The notes beneath the pieces are model-generated. The model ran no database searches and was not told where the DNA came from. It saw nothing but the letters and a program-made list of their open reading frames with translations. DNA of 64,000 nt. It comes from Saccostrea echinata (Eukaryota). The stretch is taken from assembly GCF_033153115.1 (NCBI RefSeq), contig NW_026889779.1, forward strand, positions 26,722,001 through 26,786,000. The letters are read 5' to 3'. Both the position numbers and the translations under genes were made by a program. This document shows positions 1 to 13,092 of the stretch, in pieces (position 1 is the stretch's first letter; every line of letters starts with the position of its first letter).

Positions 1-492
1 TCTGCCGCTGAGATCATTCGGCAAACCTCGGCTGATTCCGTCACCTTTGTGATATGTAGATGAGGTACATGTAGGTTGCACAACAGTATTAAATTTTGCT
101 ATATATTCTTACCAAAAATGCGCAACTTTGAGTAGGTTGTATTAATTGAAAACAACTTTTGAGAAGTTTCCTTCTCAGATCTTGTAAAACAATTCTTTAT
201 AAAGATTTTAATGCCAACAAATACATAGCCATCCAGCAAGGCACGCAAGTTTGTTTCGGTCGAAGTCGAGCAGGTGCTTGAAAATCAAGTCCAGGACCTA
301 ATCACTCCCAACTCAAATACAGTATATAGAAAAATCAGCAAGCCCTAAATTATAATGAATCTAGTCAATACAGGAAGTTTACATATTGTTTTTCATCTCA
401 TAAAAAAAATCAGCTGCAGTCTCATATTAAAATGCCCGAATCGGAACGGAAGATTCAGGAATTATTTTGCGTCAGCCATGATTTGACGTGGA

Positions 493-550
493 TCCCCACT
501 GAGAACGGCTGATAACAAGCAGCACCATCACTTGACGATTTGCAGAGCAA
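493..550 (+). repeat. Split direct repeat A1 (58 bp)
   Basis: tccccactgagaacggctgataacaagcagcaccatcacttgacgatttgcagagcaa is identical to 12365-12422. Confidence 0.95.
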
Positions 551-629
551 CAGATAAGAAGTGTATAGCCAGTGTTAAGAAGAAAAGACAAACAAGGATA
601 GGTAATATATTAATTTTAAATTAACAAAA

Positions 630-1294
630 GCAGCTGAGGGCTATTTAGCAATTCCTGCCGCTCAGGGCAGAAGTTAATGCATGACATTTTAAGCCGCTGA
701 GGGCTATACATTTTTCCTGTCGCTGAGGACAGAAGTTAATGCATGAAATTTTAAGCTGCTAAGGGCTATACATTTTTTCCTGCCGCTGAGAGCAGAAATT
801 AATGCATGAAATTTTAAGCCGCTGAGGGCTATACATTTTTCCTGTCGCTGATGACAGAAGTTAATGCATGAAACTTTAAGCCGCTGAGGGCTATACATTT
901 TTCCTGTCGCTGATGACAGAAGTTAATGCATGAAACTTTAAGCCGCTGAGGGCTATACATTTTTCCTGCCGCTGAGAGCAGAAGTTAATGCATGAAATTT
1001 TAAGCCGCTGAGGGCTATACATTTTTTTCCTGCCGCTGAGGGCAGATGTTATTGCATGAAATTAAAAGCTGTTAAGGGCAAAAGAAATGGTTCCTTAAGG
1101 CTGTACATAATTATTCCCGCCGTTGATAGCAGAAGTAAAATGCAAGCTATAAATAACCACTAGGGTGTGTTGGAACGCATGGAAGTTTAGAAGCCGCTGA
1201 GGGCCGATGTTAATGTTTGAAATTGAAAAACCGCTGAAGATTATTTATAACTTAATTTAGTACTAGTTTGTAAAGTCAAGCTGCTAAGGGCTGT
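630..1294. repeat. Tandem minisatellite (~59-60 bp unit) in the 5' region of the YR retrotransposon
   Basis: About 7 well-conserved and several degenerate copies of gccgctgagggctatacatttttcctgYcgctgaNNNcagaagttaatgcatgaaattttaa. A degenerate copy resumes at ~6634-6700, after the Kolobok insertion. Confidence 0.92.
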
Positions 1295-1298
1295 TTAA

Positions 1299-4200
1299 GG
1301 GTTTGGTTTTGTGTGCAGACAAGTGAGACTCACTAAAAATAAAAACCTTAATATCTCAAAAATTAAGCCTTGCTAACACTTGAAAACTGGTCCATGTCAT
1401 CTTCATAATGAAAACAATCTCTGGGTATATGCAGCTTAATTGACACTTGCAGTAGTTTGCAGCTATGAAGTACACAATACACCTGCAGGACTGCGCAGCC
1501 ACAGGTTTTAGTAGTGCACCAAAAAATATGAAATAGTTAAACCAATTAAGTGGCTACAACTATTTGTGAAGAACCCTTGTTTTAAATGTAAACTCACTAC
1601 AATAGGTACAATTCTTTAAATGCATACATGTTAGTTCAACAAGAAAATGTTAGCCATGAAAGTAGTCCCAACCACATGGCAATGTGTTAAAAATAGAATT
1701 AAAGAGACTCACTCTTGATCTAAAAATAGCACATTATATGAAAGCCCAGATATATCTAAAGTATTACTCTATGGTCTGTACAAAACACAGCTAAATTATT
1801 GTTAGAAAAATAATTTTCTCCTTAAGAAATATGCCAAAGAAGATGTTAAAAATTTGCAGGTGGAATGAAAGTGTGCAATTTAAATAAGAGGCCTGACCCA
1901 CCATGTTCACTTGAGTCACCTTGGTGTTCTTCAGATTTCTAAGACATTCTTATCCCCCTTAATTCTCATAAAAACTTTGAGTCAATATTGTGGCCCCACC
2001 CTGGGGTCATAAAGCCATGTATAATCCAAAACTGATTCCACAACATGAGGATATTTCATTATCAGTATGGCTAACACGGCTTATGTGTTTTCTGAAGTTT
2101 TTTTTTTCACATGTATACATGCATTTACCAATTTATATATATAATCTTATCTCAGATTTATTTGAAGAAGAAAAAAAGTGGGAAAAAATACAAATAGGAA
2201 ATATTGTAATATTATTACCAGCATAATATTAGGTCTGGACCATGATTTAGACCAACTTGATCTTCACTACTTGAGGATGCTTGCATTAAATTATGAGTAA
2301 ATCATTACCTTGTTGTTCATTAAAGGATGATTTTTTCCTATCTATTCCCATGTCAAACTTTGACACTCCTATTTTAGGGTTTAATTTTTATGGAAGACAG
2401 ATGGAGAGACTCTAGGATCAGAAAAGTTCAATATAGACTCTGTTCAGATGAGCTAAAATGTAAAATGTCTTTGATTATTGTAAAAAAAGTCACCAAGAAG
2501 AACAAAAGAAAAGGATGATAAATGAACTTTTTTTATTCTTATCACTTCCAGGATATATTATTTCTTTTAACGTGCATATGCAAGTTTGACTACTTTTTAG
2601 AAAGTTTCTTTAAAGATATAAGGTATAATTTTATAAATAAGCTTCAATTCTAACAATATAACTATAACTCTAAGATATTTGAGACCTGTGTTCTAAGCAT
2701 GTGTTTCACAAGAGTGACTTTAAAACATTTTTTGCATTTAATGCACTAAACAATAAATTAGATAAAACATTATTAAAATATCTTGTATCAAGATCCCAAA
2801 ATGTTCCTCATTGTAAACTTGTGGAAAGTTCAAATATGTACTTTTGTTTATGGTCATCATATGTTTTTTTCAGTGATGTTTGGAAAGTTCAATGTATTTG
2901 TACATACAACCATGAAATCAGAAATATTAACTTTCTCAAGTCATATCGTATGAAACTAAATCACAGTCTTCATATGTTGCTGATATTTTCTCCAACACTG
3001 CTTTCCAAAAGATCAAACCAACATGGACCAAAACCACTATCATTTGAATGATCTCCTTAACTTTGAAATCTGTAAAATATTAAATATAAATAATTTATAA
3101 CATACCACTAAAAAACCAATACTGTTGATCACTCTCAAAGAAGGAACTTGAATTGCAAGTTAAATCTTTACATCATGACTAAGTAAAAAGCATGCAAAGA
3201 TAGACATGTAAATTTCAGGGTCAAAAACTACACATCCCTCAACAATGATGGTCACGTAAATGTTGGTCAACACTGATTGTTGCATTGAATAGACATGTAT
3301 CTCATTTTAATTTACAATTGTGTAGATCAGAGTAGTTTAATCCATATAAAGATAAATGAGTTTAATCTGTTTATAAAGAGGTCAACCATAAATAAGATCA
3401 AGGTAAACCCAAGTGATGGTCATGTCATCCTGCCTTGGGAAGTAGATGAGACAAGCATATAAGATCATAATTAAATAAAGCAAACAAGTATCGGTACAAA
3501 ATCTGAAGGTTAAATGACAAGGTAAGGATTTGATGGCAGAATTTTAAAAACCTGATATGATGATATGTGTGTTAGTAAGCTACAAGAAGATGATCAGAAA
3601 CAGTTCCTTCCAAAAGATATTGAAGTTTTCAATTATTTAAAAATAACCTCTGATGCGACTTCTCTTTTTTCAGTCACTGTTTACCTAACATTTGTTTTTT
3701 ATCATTAAAGTCAACTGCAATATAAACAATTATTTTTATATCTATTTGGTTTATAATGTGACATCACAGTCATAAGGTTTGATTATTCATGATTACGATA
3801 CTTTATTCGCTCAAGCAGCCACGGGTAGGAGAGAGCTGTAGGCGGACTCCAACCATGGCTTGAGACAATGTAATGGACACATACACAACATTCATTTAAA
3901 CAAGATCTTTCTTTTCATCCAACCGCATATATATTTCTCATCATAAAAATTGTGCATTCTTTCATTTATTACCCATAGAATAACATCTGAATCCAATCAT
4001 ACAAAATGAAAATGACTAGTCAGCTCACGGTGATTATAACACCTACCTTATACCCTTATACACATGTCTATTAGATTAACAGAATCATTTCATTGCGATA
4101 TAAAACTCACCTTACAGGGGAGGTTCTTGGGAGAGCTCCAAAACAGGTATCACATGAAATGCAGAAATTGACAGTCCAGAGAAAATATCTGAGCAGTGTT

Positions 4201-6629
4201 CTTTTTTGTGAAACAAGGCATTCTGTAAACATGGTAAACATAATTATAATAAATTTTAGGAAAAAAGTTCCAAAACAATTCTTTTAAATCTAGATATTAA
4301 TATTAAACTTTGTTGAAGGTGTCAGTATTTTAACTGAATGGTATTTATTTCCTGAAACTGGCCCGATAAAACTTTTTTCTCAGACTTTATAAGAATTTTA
4401 ATAGAGTTTTGCTTCAATCTCGAGAACATCAATAAATGTGAATTTCAATTTGAATTTGATTATTGTTTGTTATTTTCATATTTCATTGAAAGTCACTTTT
4501 TTTCTTTAAGCATTTTAACCTTAATGTGTCAAACTATCGGATTTCTTGATACTTTTTATTGGTACCATATCAGGATAGTCAGGATAGAAATAACAAGGTT
4601 TATCTGTACCATTAAAATGCAGGTCCTCAAAAAAAATTATAATAATAACCTTTGAGATAAAGTGGTGGCTACATGTACATTCATTATTTTTTTTTTTTAT
4701 TTTTATAGAAAAGTATTTATTGATCAATACCAAGATTTATCCCCCCCCCCCTCCTCAGCACCTTATCTCTTCCTTACAAGTGCAACCAACAACCTATGTC
4801 TGATTGAGCATATGAAAAACTTTCATAAAATGACCATTTAATAAAAAATAAATATGCTTGGTAGCATTTGATTCAGCATGCTCAATGATAACTTAAGATC
4901 AGGTAAGACTCCCTTATTGCTCCCTATTTGATGAAATCAATGCAGTTGCAGAAAATCAATTTTTCAATCTTATCCATTTCAACTAGAAAATAATACTTTA
5001 TGCAATTTTCTTATAAAAAAAATAATTATTTTTCAATTTTGCTGCACTCTTCATTTGATAAACAATTTACATATCAAGCAAAAACCAAATTAAGTTGACA
5101 TCCTTGAAAATTTTTATCATTTGATTTATACTTTTCCCCATGAAAACTTATATGTATACTGCACTAATCTGCAAATTAGAATGACCAAGTCCAAAATGAT
5201 GGTTTGTATACATAGTACAAACTTATGTGAATATTATTTATATAAATGTAAATAATTAATAATTTATATATATATTGCACCCCTTTTACAAAAAGTAAAA
5301 CAAAAAAGCAATAAAATTTGAATATCAAAATATTCACAAAATTGATTTACAAATAACACAACTGATTTACCATATATGTGTACTACGTAGAGCCACTTCA
5401 CTTAGCTGTCAATGGACTTAACTTGGTGTGCCTGAGGCTCAATGAAGGATCTTACACAAAAAATCGCTCATTCATGAAAACAAAATTTAGTTATTTACTC
5501 TACTCATAATATTTGAAACCCTGTTTTTGAATGAACTATATTTTGATACAATGACGAATACTTTTAGTATTTTGAAACATAGTAACATTTATTAGAGTAA
5601 CCTTAAATATTACCCGCTACCAAATTGTGGTCTGCAAGAAACACGTGGAAATTCTCGGATCCTTCGTATAACGTTTAACCTTTTTAAAATTGATGTGCAT
5701 CAGATCGCAGGCGTTGTCATACTCAAAATGTATTACTGATACTGGGAGTTATATTATATATCTGAGAGAAGGCTCATAATTCACAATAAAGACAAAAAAT
5801 CTACCTACCAGCTCCTACTTTCAGTTTAGCCGAATATCGCATGACAGACAGATATAAACTATGCAGAGTGAATATAGTTCTTAATTTTCGTGCAATATTT
5901 TTTCAATATTATATGACATTGTCCTACATCTGTAGGATTAATATGCTTATTTAATAAAAAGTAATTCATAACCTTACCTGCAAAAGAAATAACAGACGTT
6001 AACTTCAGTCGGAACTGCTAAAACTGGGCGCGTATTAATTTATCCGGTGCATTGTAAAATCAAAGAGGGAGTATTCTCTGATATGGCGTAAACATCGATG
6101 TTACTCTTATGATAAATAATATTAAAACATTTCGATCGATACATTCTAATAGCTGGAGATGTTTTACGAGATGTCTCTCTAATTGCTTTGTGTAATTGGG
6201 GTACTAGAGACACCAGATTACAGAAATAGTCAGTACACTGTAGGTTTCAATACCGGAATGGCAGCCCATAGATTTCGCATGGCGGATATGCCTAGTTGAT
6301 GAAAAACAGACAGATATGGAAAAAGTACGCACAGAATTGCTAGGAACGAAACAAATAGTTGTACCCATGACGTTCAACTATCTGCACATATACAACAAAT
6401 GTCGTGTTATTGTTTTGTTAGACCTGTAGCTGTGCAGTCCTGCAAGTGTAATATGCACATTATTGCTGCAAGACACTGCAAGTGACAACCAAACTGCATA
6501 CATGTCAAGACAGCTTTCACATGGAAGATGTCATAGGTCAGTTTTCAAGAGTAAGCAAGAAGTATTTATTAAGATATAGAGATTTTTATTTCATACGAGT
6601 TTCACTTGGATGAACACAAAACCAAACCC
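1299..6629. mobile_element. Kolobok-type non-autonomous DNA transposon (TTAA target, GG...CC termini, ~210-bp imperfect TIRs)
   Basis: TTAA(1295-1298)|gggtttggttttgtgt ... acacaaaaccaaaccc|TTAA(6630-6633). 1299-~1510 aligns as the reverse complement of ~6418-6629. Purine termini fit Kolobok rather than piggyBac. No transposase ORF is seen. Confidence 0.82.
1883..2458 (+). mobile_element. Degenerate Helentron-type non-autonomous element (HINE-like)
   Basis: Starts aataagaggcc...cacttgag and ends gatcagaaaagttca...tcagatgagctaaaa, the same type of termini as the 17562-20826 and 43918-44532 copies. Confidence 0.6.
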
Positions 6630-6903
6630 TTAATGTAAATTAAAAAATTTTCCTGCCACTAAATGAGTTAAAAATTTCAAAGCCAATGAGGGTCGTCTAT
6701 AGCTATTGAATGAAATCTTAAGTATAGGAGAGTTGTTAAGAGCAGAGATAAATATATTGTTAATAAATTATGGCTACCTGAGTAATGATGCGAAAAGCCG
6801 AATTATAATATAAAAAATTCATAGGCATAACATGTTTTAGTCAACATATAACACAGCATTGGTAGCTATTTACAAATGTATATGCGTTCTACATAGTTTG
6901 TAT

Positions 6904-6950
<47 letters not shown>

Positions 6951-7168
6951 AGTACGTTCAGGCTTTAAGATTTAACTGTCTAGTATATCAAGGTAAAATT
7001 TAGTAATCATGGTAAAAAAATTTCTTATTACTAGATGCCCCCTCCGACCGTCTTGAAGCGGAGACACTCTCTGCGGGGGAAAGACTTCCCCGTCATCAAA
7101 GAGATGAGAGGGCTGGAACAGCCGGTGAAACAGTTTGCACGATATAAAATAAACCACAGCTAGAGGAG

Positions 7169-7461
7169 ATGGACAAGGATGAAGTGATTAGCGCCTTTAG
7201 AGAACTGACCGGAAAATCTGAAAAAGAGTGCATGCAGATGGCTGGTAAAGAGATGACAGAACAAAACCTTAAGACGCTTCTTCATCTAGTAATTCTGAGG
7301 GCGAATGAGTTCGGCCAACCAGCTGGCCAAGAATTAAGCACCGAGAACAAGGTATACAGTTAACTTGTACTGATAATTAATGTAATTATTGCTAGCATCA
7401 CCACCATGGGATATAATAATCAAATTACTCATTCTATGAAACTATTATTTAACTATATCAG

Positions 7462-7498
<37 letters not shown>

Positions 7499-8198
7499 AA
7501 CTTTATTAACGGATGGTGTTATAATGAATGATTTCCACACTTTGTGTATACAGGAGAGTGAGCCGGAAGAGCCACCTGCAAAGAAAGTAAAGCCGACCCC
7601 GAGTGTTGGGAAGAGGCTACAAGAACTTGAGAAAAGTCAGAGAAACGAAGACGACAAAGAAATAGAAAATGTAAAGAAAAGGTGAGGAGTTTAGCACTTC
7701 AAAGCAACCCCAGTATCCCGCTTCTCCTTGTTACTTTGGATGAGCTCGCTAGAATAACTCGGCGGAAGGGCCATGATGAGGCCTCCGTGTTTGATGAGCT
7801 TTCCCGACAAGCTAATCTGAATCAAGATAAAATTGATGTTCCAAACTTTTGTTTGAGTGTTCTCTGGGGCAAGGCTTCTGATGTAGTAGGTAAAGCATTG
7901 TCAAAAGCTGTCAAAATAAAACCCGAAACGAAATCTACAGAAACGGAGAAGATAACTTCTACTGAAACTCAATCTCCACTGTTGAATCTATACGGGCAAC
8001 CAAACTACATGGGGTATATTCCACCACAATACAATTTTGTACCTGGTACACATGCAGTGGGAACCCGGGTATCGGCGATACCAGCGCGCTCCATACAGGC
8101 AATCAAGGACTGGCTGCCTTTTCTGCGGGGCAAATGACCATTACATTCGTGAATGTGCAAAAATGAAAGCAGCAAGAGGAAAAATGAATTCTCAATGA
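7169..8198 (+). pseudogene. gag: Gag-like ORF1 of the YR retrotransposon (putative exons 7169-7351 and 7554-8198; frameshifts near 7680 and ~8050)
   Basis: Exon 2 starts ESEPEEPPAKKVK (NLS-like). A C-terminal zinc knuckle CLFCGANDHYIREC (CX2CX4HX4C) lies at ~8115-8156, with the stop at 8196-8198. The intervening 7352-7553 is AT/poly-A rich with GT...CAG ends. Confidence 0.75.
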
Positions 8199-8479
8199 CT
8201 TTTTTAACAATGTGAAAGAACTGATTTTAGTCAAGTTGAACCAGTTTCTCAGATTTGAATTGTACATTTAACGGTCATTTCTTTAGATATGATATGATAT
8301 GAATATTTAATTAGATTATTTGTCTTAAATTGACTTAAAAACATGTAGTGTTTTTCAATCTGAAAGAAAATAGAACTGATTAAATATTGGCATGGAATGA
8401 GTGTTATCGGTGTATACCTGATATCCGGGGACACTGAAGCCCTAGTGAGTACTCTCACGTGGATTGATGGTTTGGGATC

Positions 8480-10756
8480 ATGTTTTCCCATGTTATCCTA
8501 GTAGATGATGCTCAATCCGAAATAAGATTATTAAGAATAATAAATATCTCGTGTTTGCAGGAATTTAACATTTACGTTCCTGGCTGGGAGAAAAGTGACG
8601 AATTTAACCCAGAGGAAATTGTTTTACGTAAGAGAGAGCATCCTACCTGGACAACACTGGGGGAATACGGTTCCAAACCAACAATCCATGCAGATGGACA
8701 AGTATTTATTGATTCCTATAGCGACTTACTGCATTTGTCTGTAAGAAACCCTGATCGATTCGTTTCGGGTGAAATTCACAAACACAAAGATGAATGGTTG
8801 CGTATAACTCAAAGAAATTCAGACAACATGTCAACTACAATTCAAAATTGGGTCAGTAATGGCATTGACGTTAGGTCCTTCCTGCGTCCGTTCAAGGGAA
8901 ACTTCAAAGGGCAATCGTATGATAACAGACTTCCACCAAAACAGTATTTTCAAAATTCTAAGAATTGCAAAAACTTTGTTCATTTTATTAGAAAAGAAAT
9001 AAGTGAGAGACTAGTCAATGGTTCGCTGAGATTATGGGGAAGGGTGGGAACAAGCTGTCTCCCTAAGATTATCATGCCTTTGACAGTGGAACCAAATAAG
9101 CCACGACTATGTCATGATGAACGTTTTTTGAACCTGTGGACAAAGGATTTACCCTTTACGTTAGATACACTTAAAGACGTCCATAGACTTGTTGGAAAAC
9201 ATGCTTACATGGTGTGTTGCGATGAAAAATCGGGATACGATCATATTAAGCTAACCAGAGAATCAGAAAAATACTTTGGAATTCAGTTTGGGGAATGGGT
9301 CTTCACATACACGACTCTACCATTTGGCTGGAAAGCCTCTCCTTATAAATATCAAATGATTGGGATGCAAATCACATCATACCTTCGAGAGAAGGGTCTT
9401 CATATGGTCCAATACATTGATGACAGGCTCGCAGTGTGTCAGAAATATGACAAAATTGATCAATCAGAACTTAAGGAACAAGCTTGTCCGTTACAAATGG
9501 TTAAACTTATCGTGACCGAATTAACAGCCTTAGGATATACACTGGCTATCAAAAAGTGTCAGCTAATTCCAACTACAGTAGTCCGATACTTAGGTTTTCT
9601 AGTTGACTCTTCTAAACAGGCCTACTTACTTCCATTGGATAAAAAGGAAGCATTCATCAGGATACGAGAGGATATCGTGCAGACAAATGAAGTTGATGTT
9701 AAAACTCTTTAACGATTTGCCGGAAAATGTATATCCATGGCAATCGTTATACCAGGTGCCAAACTATTTACAAGAGAGATAAATTTTGCAATATCACTGT
9801 GTATGAAGAATTGTAAACAAACAACCATTTCTCGTGAGCTGCGACAAGAGATCGAACATTGGAGGTTTTTAGACGACTGGGAAGGCTTCGCGCCATGGAG
9901 ACAAGGAAAGCATCTTCAGATGTCACTGTCAACGGACGCATCCTCTTTCCGCTACGGGATTTCCCTAATGTCAGGCCAAGACAAGGGTCTATATTTTGGA
10001 GACTATTGGCCAAGCGAGGATGATCGACCGATTCATCTTAAAGAAGCATCAGCTGTCGACATTGCTCTTCAGTCCTTGGCACCAAAAATCAAGGATCACA
10101 GATTAGACATTCATGTTGACAACACCGCAGTCTTGCATGCTTGGGAAAATCAAAGGTCTCGTGACCGACAATTGGCTGACATCATGAAAAATATATTCCA
10201 GACAGTTTGGAAATTGAATATCGACTTAAGATTACACTACGTGCCATCAGCAGAAAATGTTGCAGACGCTCCCTCTAGGACTATTTCTTACACAGATTGC
10301 ATGTTACATCCCAAAACATGGCAGAGTGTTGATGCTATGTTCGGACCACATACGGTGGACTTGATGGCGACGGATACGAATGTTATGATGTCCAACTCTG
10401 GAGTACCACTGAAACATTTTACGAAAAACCCAACTCCGCAATCAGCGGGTGTTAATGTATTTGCGCAAGATTTGTCAAGTGAGAAGCGTCCCTACGTGTT
10501 TCCTCCATTTCACCTAGTATTCCCTGTATTGTGTCTCCTTAAAGAACAAAAAGTAACACAGTGCACAATTATTGTGCCAATAATATACCCGCGACCAATT
10601 TGGTGGCTGCTTTTAAGTGCTCACTGTGTAAAATTTTTCACTTTAGGTAAACAAGGTAATAAATCTGTATTACTTATCCCATCAAAGAAAGGGTTCATTT
10701 CCGATAAAATGGGACTGAAATGGGAACTTAGAGCATGTATAGTGGACTTTAGCTGA
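8480..10756 (+). pseudogene. pol: Pol of the YR retrotransposon: reverse transcriptase - RNase H - DNA N6-adenine methyltransferase-like domain; one in-frame premature stop at 9710-9712
   Basis: RT motifs DEKSGYDH, LPFGW and YIDD. RNase H motifs TDAS, IHLKE, DNT and NVADAPSR. MT motifs DLMAT and YVFPPF. ORFs 8480-9712 and 9737-10756 share a frame (TL*RFAGKCISM, probably CAA>TAA). Confidence 0.93.
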
Positions 10757-10790
10757 AATTATAATAAAATTACGGACTCTTATCTTGTAG

Positions 10791-11990
10791 GTGGAAAATA
10801 ATAAAGTTGGCCTTCCTGCTATTGACGAAAGGTTGAGCCAGCTTGAAAAGAATGAAGACAATAAGAAAGCTACAAAGAAGATGAAAAGCTTGGAGAAAAG
10901 GGTACGACTTTTCTTATCCCAGTTACCACACTCTCCGGACTTAACAAGTATGACGCCACACGACGTATGCAGATTTATGGTATGGAGTGATAGATTCGGG
11001 AAGACGCAGGTACACGAAATCTCGTGTCCACACTTGGGTAAATTAGGTTTATTTGAATGCCCATGTCCTACTAGGCTCGCGGCAGGAACTATTCATAATA
11101 TGATGCAACAGATATCTGAAATCTTGTATACTCATGGAGGAACTCGATCATGGGATGTTCATACTAAGTCTGGAAATCCCTGCTTGTCCCCTGAAGTAAA
11201 AAACTATGTAAAACTTTGTAAAGAAGAACAGGCAAGGTCCCATGTGTTACCTAAACAAGCAAAACCAATATTTTTAGGAAAGATAAAGAAATTGACATTG
11301 TTTATTGATAGAGAATTTGCTCGCCCTGACCTTTCTTTAAGGGAAAAGTTCGTCTTAATCAGAGATCAAGCGATATTCAAGATCCAGTTCTTTGCGGGAG
11401 ATAGAATCGGCGATGATTGCAATATTTTGTCGCAGGAAGTTAAAAAATTACAAGATAACTCCGGTTTTGTTTTCAACCACACCTACGGTAAGACGTTACG
11501 TGGAGATGGAAAGTCAAACACTTTTGTCGTTAAAAGATCTCAAGATAAGTCAATCTGTCCTGTTGAAGGGCTAGAGAATTACTACCTGGTCAAAACAAAA
11601 TAAGGTGGATCTGAGTCTAGGATATCTCTTTAGACCCGTATCAGAGTCAGGACGAGTACTGGATCAACAGCTGGGATATTCAGCGATTTATGAACGACTA
11701 AGGTATTACCTGGTATCTTTGGGAAACCCCACACAGTCTACGGGGCGGTTTTGCAGTAACCATGGCGATTTCAGGCACTGCGGCATCTCCCCAGGAACTC
11801 ATGAAGCCATGTCGGATGGTCGAGTGAACGATCGGCTTATTACTATAGCAGGACAAAAACCTTGACAAATGCTAGCACATTAGCAAGCAATATTGCCAAC
11901 TTGTCGGCAGACACAGACGAAATTGAAGGATTTTATAGGACACATGGAGATTTTTCCTCCTTTAATCCAGCCTTTAACTCAACAAATTAA
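10791..11990 (+). pseudogene. Tyrosine recombinase (YR) of the retrotransposon, frameshifted near 11590, 11720 and 11805
   Basis: Catalytic motifs read across frames: FFAGDR, GKT, ETPHSLRGG, HVGW, AYYYSR. Stop TAA at 11988-11990, with AATAAA at ~12045. Confidence 0.9.
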
Positions 11991-12287
11991 AGAATAAGAT
12001 GTTGTCAACCTCATATGCTAATATTTTATATATACTAGTTATTCAATAAAATCATCATTTAAATAACCTTATTACTAAATTACTTTGTATATAATCAGGT
12101 CAATACTATTGTGTAACATCCTGTGTATTTAAATCTCATGACTTGGCATATAAAAGCATGAGGGAAAAAAAATGTTTTGTTGTTATCTAATTTGAGTGAG
12201 TATTGGGTAGAGAAATTTAACTAGAAATTTAACTGGATGTACCCCTTTTACAATTATAATTAGGGCTATAAAACATACTCATATCTA

Positions 12288-12422
12288 AGTCCAAATGAAA
12301 TTACCCGATACTCTAACAGAAGTGCGTGTTGTTTCAGATAGTTATTAGTGGGGATATGTTAGGTTCCCCACTGAGAACGGCTGATAACAAGCAGCACCAT
12401 CACTTGACGATTTGCAGAGCAA
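12288..12422 (+). repeat. Internal B1-A2 split direct repeat junction
   Basis: B1 (12288-12362) matches 13093-13167 and A2 (12365-12422) matches 493-550. Confidence 0.95.
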
Positions 12423-13092
12423 TATTACCAAGGTGAAAGCCAGAGTGATGTGTATTGGTGTATTAACCGCTAATATAACACGTGGTTTTTAAATAAGATA
12501 TAACTTAAGTGAAACCGGGGTGGAAATGAAACAACAAAAATCCATTCCTGGTTAAGTGGGTTTTATTGTAGTGTTGGTGTGATTTACCATGACATTCATT
12601 CATTCAATGACCCTGATTGTAGAAAATCACTTGATCCAAAAATATTTTCAATTTAAGAACATTAAAATCAACTCAAAGAAACTTCAAAGCTCTAAGAACA
12701 CCCTCACACCCATCTGTACGCTTGGGCATGAAAACCAGTAATATTGAACAATAAAAATTCCCTCCTAAAAATCATGTGACCAGTCCAGAATGACCACTTA
12801 CTGAAAAGATCTATAAATAGTAATACAGCTACAGGTAAATCCTAAAGAAGGATAACTAGTACTTTACCTGTCTGACTTAATAAATAATAGAATAACAAAA
12901 CACATACCTTTATAGTTTGAATGAAATGAAATAAATCTTTATTAACACATTTCAATTTAAAACTCTGAAAATAATTAATATTTTAGGTCAAACAAAATTC
13001 CTGAAAATAATATTTTAAAACATATAAAATTTCTCTCCATTACTTAAGCTCTATTAAAAAAAATAAAAAAAAATAACAACACACACTTCCCT

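Noticed and set aside
630-1294. CRISPR-like array
   Set aside because: The units are contiguous tandem repeats without unique spacers, there are no cas genes, and the context is eukaryotic.
1990-4733. Short ORFs in the track here (and similar 60-110 aa ORFs elsewhere)
   Set aside because: They are low-complexity, AT-rich or antisense to TE genes, with no recognisable motifs.
1299-6629. piggyBac assignment for the TTAA element
   Set aside because: The termini are GG...CC, whereas piggyBac elements start with CC/YY.
10791-11990. Phage integrase or bacterial retron/DGR system (RT + YR + MTase)
   Set aside because: The domain order, gag zinc knuckle and split direct repeats are those of a eukaryotic DIRS-order retrotransposon.
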